From positions 1-61,214 of the IMG/VR virus record IMGVR_UViG_3300049733_000144: a DNA stretch of 61,214 nucleotides; one strand, given 5' to 3'. The position numbers and the translations under genes were made by a program. Position 1 is the stretch's first letter. Every line of letters begins with the position of its first letter. Positions 1 through 8,042 of this stretch are shown here, in pieces. A model generated the notes under the pieces. That model was given only the letters and a program-made list of their open reading frames with translations. It made no database searches and had not been told where the DNA came from. This DNA comes from a virus. Taxonomy: Duplodnaviria; Caudoviricetes.

Positions 1-58
1 GTTTCCCAAACGCGACCCCGCGTGTTTTTTCTACCCCCCCACATAATAAAAAATTTTA

Positions 59-838
59 TCACGCCGGCCAACCATCAAGTCCGATGCGACTATGTCTGAT
101 TATTTTTTTTTCAGTGCGCGGAGACCACACCTGCTTTGCATGGCGATACCATCGTTCGATCCCTGCTATGGCATGAGGTGTGCCGCGTGCCAGGGCTCTT
201 GTTTTACACACTTGTGGTCCTGGATCGAGTAGCACCACAGTGCCACCAAGTTTGCGGGCCCACCAACGACGCTCATTAAGGAATGGAGCAGATACCACGA
301 ACCAAGCTGCCACGCCTGCGACGGCAGGAGTGGAATGGAGGGAACCTAATCTCGAATTACGGATGCGCAAAGCAGGTTCCAATATATTCCTGCGGGTGGA
401 CTGATCACCACTCCATGGACGCCACTGTTGGGATATGCTGGCGCAGATATCATCGAGGTCTATGGTGATGTCACCAGGAGCGGCATGGTCGCGCACGTAG
501 GTGGATTTTCCTGCACCAGGCGGACCACACACGATGGTGATAGGTATTTGAGACTGGCGTAGCCATGCCGGATGAGGTGCCGACGCTTGATTGGACATAT
601 CTTCGATTACGGTTTTCCGCGCGTGACATTCATGGCAAAGGCCCTGGACATTGTCGTCGGCGTCGGTTCCTCCCATGGTGAGCGGAATGATGTGATCAAT
701 TTCGGCGGTAGGAGTGATGAATCCTTGGCGGTCGCATTCGGCGCAGATTGGGTGAATCCTGAGACGCCGAGCGCGCTGATGCACGGCGGCGCGACCTTTG
801 AGCCTCTTGTGCGCTGAATTCCGGAAATCGAAAGCCAT
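59..838 (-). CDS. HNH endonuclease (terminase-associated type) fused to a P-loop kinase/AAA_33-like domain
   Basis: CAEC...EIDHIIPLTMGG...NVQGLCHECHARKT HNH motif, then Walker A GPPGAGKST and DLDD. It lies directly upstream of terS if the genome is circularised. Confidence 0.85.
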   Translation of the reverse strand: MAFDFRNSAHKRLKGRAAVHQRARRLRIHPICAECDRQGFITPTAEIDHIIPLTMGGTDADDNVQGLCHECHARKTVIEDMSNQASAPHPAWLRQSQIPITIVCGPPGAGKSTYVRDHAAPGDITIDLDDICASISQQWRPWSGDQSTRRNILEPALRIRNSRLGSLHSTPAVAGVAAWFVVSAPFLNERRWWARKLGGTVVLLDPGPQVCKTRALARGTPHAIAGIERWYRHAKQVWSPRTEKKIIRHSRIGLDGWPA

Positions 839-927
839 ATCATCCTGCAGCGTGCCATAGCTGACGCAGCCATGGTCAAGACCATGGTAGCCGAGGAGCG
901 ATTCAATCCTGGAATTTACAGAAGCCT

Positions 928-1395
928 TCAGACTTCAACCAGATCGCCCTCTAGAGCTTCGATAATCCGCTCCGATCCAAACATCTCTAACAAAACGCGA
1001 ACCCTGTTGACGCTGATCTTGTCGTAGAAAGAGCAAATCGCGTGATCCAGCCTGGACAGCTTGACTTTCTGTCCTTTCTTGAACCTGGAACGAAGCAATA
1101 CAACAATTCCGTGCTTGTTTTCCATCCTGCGAAGGCCTTCCACGAAGGAATCGGGAACATTCCTGGAAAGAACCTGGATGACGCCGAGCGTTTCTTTGAG
1201 GGCCCTGATCCCGTTGATCAGCGTTCTGACGAACACGTACTCGTAGAACAGAGGAATGATTCTTCGCTTTTTTCCATTTTTCGGCGGCTTGCTGCTCAGA
1301 ACAAGAGGCTGGTAGTGTTCGACCTCCTGATCATTGAATCTCTTGATCGCCAGTTTCATGACCCGGCGATCGATCCGAACGACCGTCCAAGACAA
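928..1395 (-). CDS. NusG/RfaH-family transcription antitermination factor
   Basis: N-terminal W-x-VV, PLFYEYVFV (NGN motif PLFPGYVFV), GVIQVL, and a KOW-like FKKGQKVK...RVRVLLEMFG C-terminus. Confidence 0.85.
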   Translation of the reverse strand: MSWTVVRIDRRVMKLAIKRFNDQEVEHYQPLVLSSKPPKNGKKRRIIPLFYEYVFVRTLINGIRALKETLGVIQVLSRNVPDSFVEGLRRMENKHGIVVLLRSRFKKGQKVKLSRLDHAICSFYDKISVNRVRVLLEMFGSERIIEALEGDLVEV

Positions 1396-1519
1396 GGGCC
1401 TTCTCCACTAATCCGATCTAATCGCTTTTTGACCACAAGAAAATCGCGGATGCCAGAGTGTACCGTCGTACAACTCGCTGACCATTTTCAGGCCAGAAAA
1501 CAAAACGATGAACTGTGAT

Positions 1520-1746
1520 CGAGAAATTTGACAATTGACAATTTTATTGTTAAAACAGGGAAGCATAGGAACGAAAGTCAAAGTCTTATATTATGACTAT
1601 TGTCTATTTTTACCCCTATTTTAACCTTTATAAAAATAAGGATATATATATAGTAGAGTTATAAAGAGTAGGAAACGCATCCCAAATTTGACAATTGTCA
1701 AAAAAAAACAAGAAAAACATAACAAAATCAACAAACCAAAAAATCT
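1520..1746. other. AT-rich intergenic region, putative replication origin
   Basis: Very low GC relative to the genome. AAATTTGACAATTG direct repeat at 1524-1537 and 1684-1697, perfect palindrome TTTGACAATTGTCAAA at 1687-1702, and a TATATATATA tract. Lies immediately downstream of the primase-helicase. Confidence 0.55.
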
Positions 1747-3975
1747 TCAAAATTCCATCCATTCTTTGGCGAGGGCTTCAACGTCCAAAACCCTGGTAGT
1801 TTTCAGCAGCTCCTTGATCGGAATCTCAGTCATGGATTTGCTGCTGCACAGCACCCTTCCGTGCCTCCAGGTGGCATCCACGGCTACCTGATCAGGGTGC
1901 ACGAACCATCCTTTGGCTTTGGCAACTTTCCGGATAGTAAGGGGTTTTTCCAGCCTGTCGTTCTGGCGTCCGTCGTAGATGATGGCTCTGATCAATTTTA
2001 CGAACTTGACGTCGTAGATCGCCACTCCTGGGCTCTTCCACTCTCCGTTCGTGGCGGTCTGCGGCCTGGTGTTCCTGGCGATCCAGTCCTGGTCCTGCAT
2101 GTTGTCTGCTATCTTGTCCAGGAGGCCCGAGACCAGCGATTGCCCAGGCGAATATCCTTCTTCTATGACTTCCTTCTTCTGCGTGCTCCACGGAGCCGAA
2201 GAAGACCTGTCCACGGCGTCGTTCGTCTTGAGCCAAGTCTCGGCCCAGTGCTTGATTGCCTCCAGGCCACCGCCGTCGGTCAGCCACCTGTTGAGCTCGT
2301 TCCAGTATTCCGGAGTCTTTTTCTCGTCCGTGACCTTGGGAACGAACCAGCGCCTGTCGTCGCCGGACAGCTGGATGGCCCGCATGGAGTTGCTGCAAGC
2401 GAACACGTGAAGCCAGTTGTCGATGTCGTAGTCAGCGAGATATTTCTTGCGAACAGAGCACTCCTTGTCGGTGAGCACGGACTTGAGCTTGTTGTATGCC
2501 TTGCTGCTGTGGCCGGCGTAGATCTCGTGAACGACGGCCAGCCGCTTGTGGGCCTGCCAGTAATTGAAATTGGAATCGACGATGTCCGACTCGGAAGGAA
2601 ACGACGCGTTATTGCGCCCGACCAGAGGGCACAAGATCCGCTCTCCGAGCGTTCCTTTGCCGACGCCCTGCGTCTCGCTGATGAGGAGAACGCCGTAATT
2701 CATCTTGATTTCCGGCTTCGCTATCAGCGTCGCGATCCAGCGGAGAATCTCCGTCCTGTCGGACTCGACGGGAATCAAGTTCGCCACGAATTCCAGGAAC
2801 GGTCCGGGATCACCGGCTTCTGCTTTCACCGAGCTCGGAACGTGCGTGTTGATGAATCGCCCCGAATCTCCAGAGCCGTATATTCCCGGTTTCTTCGAAG
2901 GATCGTACTTGATCACGGCAGTCTTGCTGGCTCCGTCGACGCGCATCAGCCTAGCCGTGTCTTCGACGTCGGAGAACGGCCGCACGGTGTTGTTGAACTC
3001 GCGATCCGACAGCATGCGGTCCGGCCAGTCTCGGTGGACGAACACCTCCGGCCTGACGCAGTGGAGCCACTCTTCCTTGAACGCCCTCCTGATGACGTGA
3101 TATGTCCGGCGGCCGTTCAGAAGAGTCTCCGTGGCGTGAGTCGCCGGCACCATCAAGTCGCGGAGTCTCGGTCCGATCCAGCGGTTTCTGACGAACAAAT
3201 TTTCGGGCATGTCGTCGGCCATGTCCCAGGCCAGAGGCCAGCGGCCGTCGAACCGAACTCCCTTCAGGGCTCCGCCGTACGCCTTGGAGACGATCTGGAG
3301 GGCCGCCTGGCCCTCCCAGTCGTTGTCGCAGACGTACACCACCTCCGTCGGCCTGGCCCGCCTGAGCTCGCTGTAGTCGGTCCTGTGCGGCGCCAAGGCT
3401 CCGCCGATCATTCCCCAGTGGGCGTACTGAGCCAGCTCGTCGCGCCACGGGTGCCGGTCTCCGACGCGATCAGCCGCCATGGCCGCCTTCGCGCCTTCGT
3501 GGATCATGATCCGAGGTCTGGTGACCTCTGGCTTCCAGAACGGCAGGCTGCCGTCTGGCTCCATGGCTCGCCACTCGCCGTCAGAGAACAGAGTCCAGGA
3601 AACGTACTTTTTCCTGCCGTCGCCTTCGCGTCGCTCCTGGAGCATCACGATGCCGTCGCGGGCCAGGTTCCAGAACGCGGCGACCTGAGTCATCCCGCGT
3701 CGCTGCTCCAATTCCCGCGCGTTGGCGCTTGTGGCCAGGACCGCCCGCGGCCAGTTCGCCGTCAGGACGGCCGTCCGGATCGCCGTCGCCTCGTCCTCCG
3801 TGGGCTCGAGCGATGGATCGGTTACTGTCACCGATCCATCAATTCCAATTCTTATGATGGCTTTCTCTGTGTAATAGTTCCTGTCGTGGTTGTACTCTTT
3901 CACCATGTACTTGCGAAAGTTGATTTGCTCCGCGCCGATCCTGTCCGCGTAGGCCTCGAGTGCCGGCAGTCGCAT
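1747..3975 (-). CDS. Primase-helicase (TOPRIM-like domain plus SF3/DUF5906-type NTPase)
   Basis: IMIHEGAKAA and YVCDND TOPRIM-like motifs; Walker A QGVGKGT, Walker B VVHE, ACSN motif C, DDRRWFV. Confidence 0.85.
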   Translation of the reverse strand: MRLPALEAYADRIGAEQINFRKYMVKEYNHDRNYYTEKAIIRIGIDGSVTVTDPSLEPTEDEATAIRTAVLTANWPRAVLATSANARELEQRRGMTQVAAFWNLARDGIVMLQERREGDGRKKYVSWTLFSDGEWRAMEPDGSLPFWKPEVTRPRIMIHEGAKAAMAADRVGDRHPWRDELAQYAHWGMIGGALAPHRTDYSELRRARPTEVVYVCDNDWEGQAALQIVSKAYGGALKGVRFDGRWPLAWDMADDMPENLFVRNRWIGPRLRDLMVPATHATETLLNGRRTYHVIRRAFKEEWLHCVRPEVFVHRDWPDRMLSDREFNNTVRPFSDVEDTARLMRVDGASKTAVIKYDPSKKPGIYGSGDSGRFINTHVPSSVKAEAGDPGPFLEFVANLIPVESDRTEILRWIATLIAKPEIKMNYGVLLISETQGVGKGTLGERILCPLVGRNNASFPSESDIVDSNFNYWQAHKRLAVVHEIYAGHSSKAYNKLKSVLTDKECSVRKKYLADYDIDNWLHVFACSNSMRAIQLSGDDRRWFVPKVTDEKKTPEYWNELNRWLTDGGGLEAIKHWAETWLKTNDAVDRSSSAPWSTQKKEVIEEGYSPGQSLVSGLLDKIADNMQDQDWIARNTRPQTATNGEWKSPGVAIYDVKFVKLIRAIIYDGRQNDRLEKPLTIRKVAKAKGWFVHPDQVAVDATWRHGRVLCSSKSMTEIPIKELLKTTRVLDVEALAKEWMEF

Positions 3976-4111
3976 CGCGTTCTCTCCGATTTGATTTCAC
4001 TTTAATTTGACTATTTCGCCTTGAAAATAGTATTTTGACACACTACTCAAATAATTGTTTTTCTGTCTCTTTTTCTCTGGTACAGATGCCTCAGCACATC
4101 ACGGTGAACGC

Positions 4112-4657
4112 ATGACAGATCGCCTCGAAGACATAACGCGCCTCGCGTCCGCGGCCCGCGTCCTGGAAGCGGAGATCCTCCGCGACGAAATCGCTCTCTC
4201 CCACAAGAAGGCTCGACTCCAGCGCGTCCTCCATGACCAGCTGCCGAGCCTGATGTCGGCCGCCGGCGTCGACGACCTGTCGCTTCAGGCCAGCGACGAC
4301 CTGCCGGCGACTGATTTCTCCCTCGGCGGCTACTACAGGGCCTCGATTCCGGTCTCGTGGTCGGCGGAGCGGCGCCAGGAAGCATTTTCCACGCTTCGCG
4401 CCCGCGGAGCCGACGGCCTGATCAAGACCAACGTTCAAGTTCAGTTCGCCAGAGGCTCTTCCCTGGAAGCCCGCGTCCTGGCCGACTCGCTCGCGGCCAG
4501 AGGCTATGAACCGTCGCTCTCAGAGACGGTTCACTCTTCCACCTTGTCCGCGTGGCTCCGCGAGCTCTACTCCAGCGGCCTGTCGCTGACCCAGGACGAC
4601 CTGGACAGGATCGGAGGCAATGTCGGTCAGATCGTTCGCATGAAACCAAGGGAGTGA
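4112..4657 (+). CDS. Conserved phage replication-module protein, unknown function
   Basis: First gene of the plus-strand operon, tightly coupled to the next gene; N-terminal coiled coil and VHSSTLSAWLRE motif. Confidence 0.6.
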   Translation: MTDRLEDITRLASAARVLEAEILRDEIALSHKKARLQRVLHDQLPSLMSAAGVDDLSLQASDDLPATDFSLGGYYRASIPVSWSAERRQEAFSTLRARGADGLIKTNVQVQFARGSSLEARVLADSLAARGYEPSLSETVHSSTLSAWLRELYSSGLSLTQDDLDRIGGNVGQIVRMKPRE

Positions 4658-4658
4658 C

Positions 4659-5465
4659 ATGACCAAAGAGATCAAGACGACGACGACGCCGCCGTCCGTT
4701 CCCGATTACCTCAAGGGCCACGTTCCCACCGGCGCGGGAGTTCCCACCAAGTCCAGCGACTTCCTGATTCCCATAGCCAAGGTCCTCGATCCGAAGTCAC
4801 CGGAAGTCGAGCGCAGAGGCCCGTCCTACGTCAAGGGCGCGGAGCCCGGCGACGTCCTGATCAAGTCCGGACCCATTCCCCTGATCAAGGGCGAAGTTGG
4901 TTTCCTGTTCCAGCTCTGCCACATAGAAGAGGCCGCGATCGAGTGGCTGCCCAGGACCAGGGGCGGCGGCGGCGGAGGTGGCTTCGTGGCCAGGCATCCC
5001 GTGGAAGCTCTGCGGACGGCTAAGCAGGAAACCGCGGAAGGCGGCAAGATTGTCTGGATCAACGACCGAGGCAATTTCCTGGTGCACACCCGCTACTACA
5101 CGGGATACATGCTGGCCGCCGACGCCGGGCCTCTGGCCATGGTGATACCGTTCGCGTCCACCGGCCACACGGTGGCCAAGGGCTGGAACCTCCTGATCGC
5201 CAACCAGGTCCTCAACGGCCACACCGCCGACGTCTGGATGGTGTACTACCGACTCAGGACGCGACTCCGCACCAGGGCCGACCAGGCCTGGTACGTGTTC
5301 GAAGTCTCCAACGCTGGTCCGGACCATCCCACCTACGGCACGCCGACCGCCATGTGGGCTCCGACTCCGGCCGACCTGGCCAGAGGCCAGACGCTGAACA
5401 GGGAGATGGAAGCCGGCCACAGGCAGCCCGACCCAGCCGCCGTCACCGAGGAGGCTCCGTTTTGA
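4659..5465 (+). CDS. Putative single-stranded DNA-binding/annealing protein
   Basis: GAEPGD and EWLPR..GGGFV motifs, acidic tail ending EEAPF typical of phage SSBs, GGAG RBS. Confidence 0.55.
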   Translation: MTKEIKTTTTPPSVPDYLKGHVPTGAGVPTKSSDFLIPIAKVLDPKSPEVERRGPSYVKGAEPGDVLIKSGPIPLIKGEVGFLFQLCHIEEAAIEWLPRTRGGGGGGGFVARHPVEALRTAKQETAEGGKIVWINDRGNFLVHTRYYTGYMLAADAGPLAMVIPFASTGHTVAKGWNLLIANQVLNGHTADVWMVYYRLRTRLRTRADQAWYVFEVSNAGPDHPTYGTPTAMWAPTPADLARGQTLNREMEAGHRQPDPAAVTEEAPF

Positions 5466-6427
5466 TCATCGTCGGCGCCGGCATGGCGGGCCTCCTGGCC
5501 GCCAACATGCTCAGGCACAGGGACCCGATCGTCGTCGAGTCTCAGTCGGAGTTGCCGAACAACCACTCGGCGGTTCTTCGCTTTCGCTCCTCCGTGATCG
5601 GAGACCTGCTCGGGATACCGTTCAAAAAAGTGAAAGTCCTGCGATGCGTGGCGACGTCGCAGGACAACGTCGTCGCGCACTCCCTGGCATATTCCCAGAA
5701 AACTCTCGGCGTCATCATGTCGGATCGGTCGGTCGGATCGGTGGAAGCCGTCGATCGATACATCGCTCCGCCAAATTTAGTCATGCGGATGTCGAGAGGC
5801 ATCCGCATAAAGTGCGACACGAATTTCGATTTCAAGGCCGCGAAGGAAAAAGTCATCTCCACTGTTCCGATGTCGTATCTGCATCGCGCCCTGATGCCTG
5901 AATCGAAAATCCATGATCTGGATTTTCGATACGCCCACGGCTTCAACATATCGGCGGTGATCGAGAGCTGCGACGCCTACGCGTCCGTCTACGTGCCGGA
6001 CCCGCGTCATCCGTTCAGCAGAGTCTCGATCACCGGCCACGATCTGATCATCGAGTATGCGTTTCCAGGCAAGACTTACGATCAGGTTCAGAAGCTGGCC
6101 GCGATCAAGGCCATGGGCAAGGCCGTCACCGACGACGTCGAGGCCGCGATGCTCCTCCTTGGCCTCCGCCCCGAGATCGCGACGTTTCCAGTCATCCGCC
6201 CCCAGCGGTTCGCGAAGATCCTTCCCATCGACGATCGCAAGCGGAAGGCTTTCATCTACTGGGCTTCGACGGCGAAGGGCATCGCGTACCAGCTCGGTCG
6301 ATATGCCACGTGGCGTCCGGGACTCTTGCTCGACGACCTGGTCAACGACGTTCGCACGATCGACGGCTGGATCAGCCAGGGCGAAGCCCAGGGCTACGCC
6401 ATGGACATCCACGAGGCCAGGCAGTGA
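5462..6427 (+). CDS. FAD-dependent oxidoreductase (Rossmann fold, UDP-galactopyranose-mutase-like C-terminus)
   Basis: TTG start overlapping the previous stop; IIVGAGMAGLLAA dinucleotide-binding motif; C-terminal LGRYATW. Confidence 0.75.
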   Translation: MIIVGAGMAGLLAANMLRHRDPIVVESQSELPNNHSAVLRFRSSVIGDLLGIPFKKVKVLRCVATSQDNVVAHSLAYSQKTLGVIMSDRSVGSVEAVDRYIAPPNLVMRMSRGIRIKCDTNFDFKAAKEKVISTVPMSYLHRALMPESKIHDLDFRYAHGFNISAVIESCDAYASVYVPDPRHPFSRVSITGHDLIIEYAFPGKTYDQVQKLAAIKAMGKAVTDDVEAAMLLLGLRPEIATFPVIRPQRFAKILPIDDRKRKAFIYWASTAKGIAYQLGRYATWRPGLLLDDLVNDVRTIDGWISQGEAQGYAMDIHEARQ

Positions 6428-7131
6428 TCACGCATTATCGCCGCGGCACGGCAGACGAGAACGCCATGCGAGAGGTGAGATCATATTTCAGAATCATGGG
6501 AGCCAACGGCCTTTCCCTGGCTGGCAAGAGAGTCCTCGACATCGGAGCCCACATCGGCTGCTTCACCAGGGCGGCCCTGGACGCCGGCGCCGACAGAGTG
6601 CTGGCTTTCGAGCCCCACCCGAAGAATTACGAGCTTCTGACCATGAACTGCCAGGACGCGAGAGCCGACCTGAGGCAGGCCGCTCTGGTGTCCGACAACA
6701 GGACTGAAACTAGTCTGGTGGTGGGCAGGAGACATAATCCCGACGTCGGAACGGAAAGGTTCTCCACGTCCAGGAGACAGAAAGGCAATCTCCACGTGGC
6801 CACAGTCGAGTGTCAGAAATTCAGCGCAGTGCTGCGAGATTTCAATCCGCAGGTGATCAAGCTCGACGCCGAGGGAGCCGAGTACGACCTGCTCAATTCT
6901 CAGCAGCTGCCTGACGACGTCGAGTTCCTGGTCGGAGAGTTCGACTGCTCCGGCAGCTTTCGCCTGCCAGACGGCGGCATGACCGGGACCGTCGGGCTCA
7001 AGAACTACGAGCCTCTGTGGGCCCTGATCACCAACTTGGAAAAGCAAAGGTTCAGGTACATCGGCAGGACTGACATGCGACTGCCGAAGAAGATTTTCCT
7101 GATCCACGTGCTGTTCATCAAAATAGCGTGA
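6424..7131 (+). CDS. FkbM-family SAM-dependent methyltransferase
   Basis: GTGA overlap; VLDIGAHIG, AFEP, IKLDAEGAEY motifs. Confidence 0.85.
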   Translation: MITHYRRGTADENAMREVRSYFRIMGANGLSLAGKRVLDIGAHIGCFTRAALDAGADRVLAFEPHPKNYELLTMNCQDARADLRQAALVSDNRTETSLVVGRRHNPDVGTERFSTSRRQKGNLHVATVECQKFSAVLRDFNPQVIKLDAEGAEYDLLNSQQLPDDVEFLVGEFDCSGSFRLPDGGMTGTVGLKNYEPLWALITNLEKQRFRYIGRTDMRLPKKIFLIHVLFIKIA

Positions 7132-7157
7132 AATAAACATGGCCAAGCGCGGAACAA

Positions 7158-7169
7158 TTACTTACTTAC
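7158..7169 (+). promoter_or_regulatory. TTACTTACTTAC box (phage promoter motif) upstream of pentamer array 1
   Basis: Same box as in the early promoter cassettes at 14313, 14737, 15740, 18286, 19261, 19459 and 19724; the -10 element is weak here. Confidence 0.55.
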
Positions 7170-7198
7170 AGAATTTGTGACAAAGCAGTGAACGCAGA

Positions 7199-7263
7199 GG
7201 CCGGGCCGGGCGTGGCTGGGCGCGGCTCGGCTGGGCTAGGCCGGGCGAGGCAAGGCAAGGCAA
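7199..7263 (+). repeat. GGC-NN pentamer array 1 (13 units), candidate guide ncRNA
   Basis: GGC every 5 nt with no phase break; NN = CG CG GT TG GC TC TG TA CG GA AA AA AA; intergenic. Confidence 0.9.
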
Positions 7264-7287
7264 GCAAGACAATGATGGAGCACGACG

Positions 7288-7906
7288 ATGCTGGACAAGA
7301 CAGTGATCGCGACCAAAGCGACGGAGATCCAGACCAGAAGCGTGATGCTTCGGGGACTGACGGATATCATGTTCGACCGCTACCCGGGAGACAACAACAC
7401 CAAGCTGGAGCCGTGGCAGAAGCTCTACCTGGAACCTGGCGGGTCACGGGTTATTGGGCTGCCGGCGCTGAACATCATGTCGTTTCTTTCGGCCCACAAC
7501 ACAAATTCCGCTCCTAAGCGGCTGCGCGACAAGCGCAAGTACAAAGACCTGGCTAACGCGATGCTGTCGTTCGTCAGCATCAGGGAGCAGTTCATTCCTC
7601 TGCTCCGCAACAACGCTCCGATCGTGTTCGGCAAGTTCGACGGAGACAGAGATGCGGTCAGCGGCGCTTACGTGGCCTATCACGTCGCGCGGCTCGACAA
7701 GGGCGTGCCCAACCCGAAGGTCCGTCCCGTGGTGCCTCTGGACTGGGCCGTTCGCTTCACGGTCGACATCTTTCCCAATCGGGGAGATCAAGGAAACCGA
7801 CATCACCAACCTGATGGAAGAAGGCGGGCGAGCCATTGGCCTCGGGACTTTCCGCGGCGTGTTCGGCAAGTTCCGCATCGAAGAGTGGAACGAGATCAAG
7901 AGCTGA
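7288..7906 (+). CDS. Stand-alone Cas7/RAMP-like protein (~205 aa if repaired), split by a 1-nt frameshift at 7781-7784
   Basis: GGAG RBS; beta1 VMLRGLTDIMF, LYL..G..IGLPALNIMSFL (cf. RAMP xIPGSSxKG), VRPVVPLDWAVRFTVDI; in the +1 frame, the G-rich loop EEGGRAIGLGTFRGVFGKFRIEEW. Confidence 0.75.
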
Positions 7907-7911
7907 AATTC

Positions 7912-8031
7912 GGCGTGGCCGGGCTCGGCCAGGCGCGGCGGGGCGCGGCTGGGCATGGCGTGGTGCGGCCAGGCTGGGCACGGCGTGGCACGGCAGGGCA
8001 TGGCATGGTAGGGCCGGGCAAGGCGAGGCGA
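7912..8031 (+). repeat. GGY-NN pentamer array 2 (24 units), candidate guide ncRNA
   Basis: 22 GGC and 2 GGT at exact 5-nt period; NN = GT CG TC CA GC GG GC TG AT GT GC CA TG AC GT AC AG AT AT AG CG AA GA GA; starts 5 nt after the RAMP stop. Confidence 0.92.
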
Positions 8032-8042
8032 GGAAATAAATC

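Noticed and set aside
1861-4005. 714-aa plus-strand ORF and similar long antisense ORFs (11021-12574, 28295-29800, 54110-55489, 57291-58628)
   Set aside because: They are shadows of well-supported genes on the opposite strand in high-GC DNA and show no motifs.
4960-4982. GGC run in the SSB-like gene, and Gly-rich runs at ~28850-29230, as additional GGY arrays
   Set aside because: These have a 3-nt period (glycine codons) within coding sequence, not a 5-nt period.
7199-8031. Reading the pentamer arrays as a CRISPR array or an ordinary microsatellite
   Set aside because: There is no 25-45 nt repeat/spacer structure. Units are not identical, with 3 fixed and 2 free positions, unlike slippage repeats.
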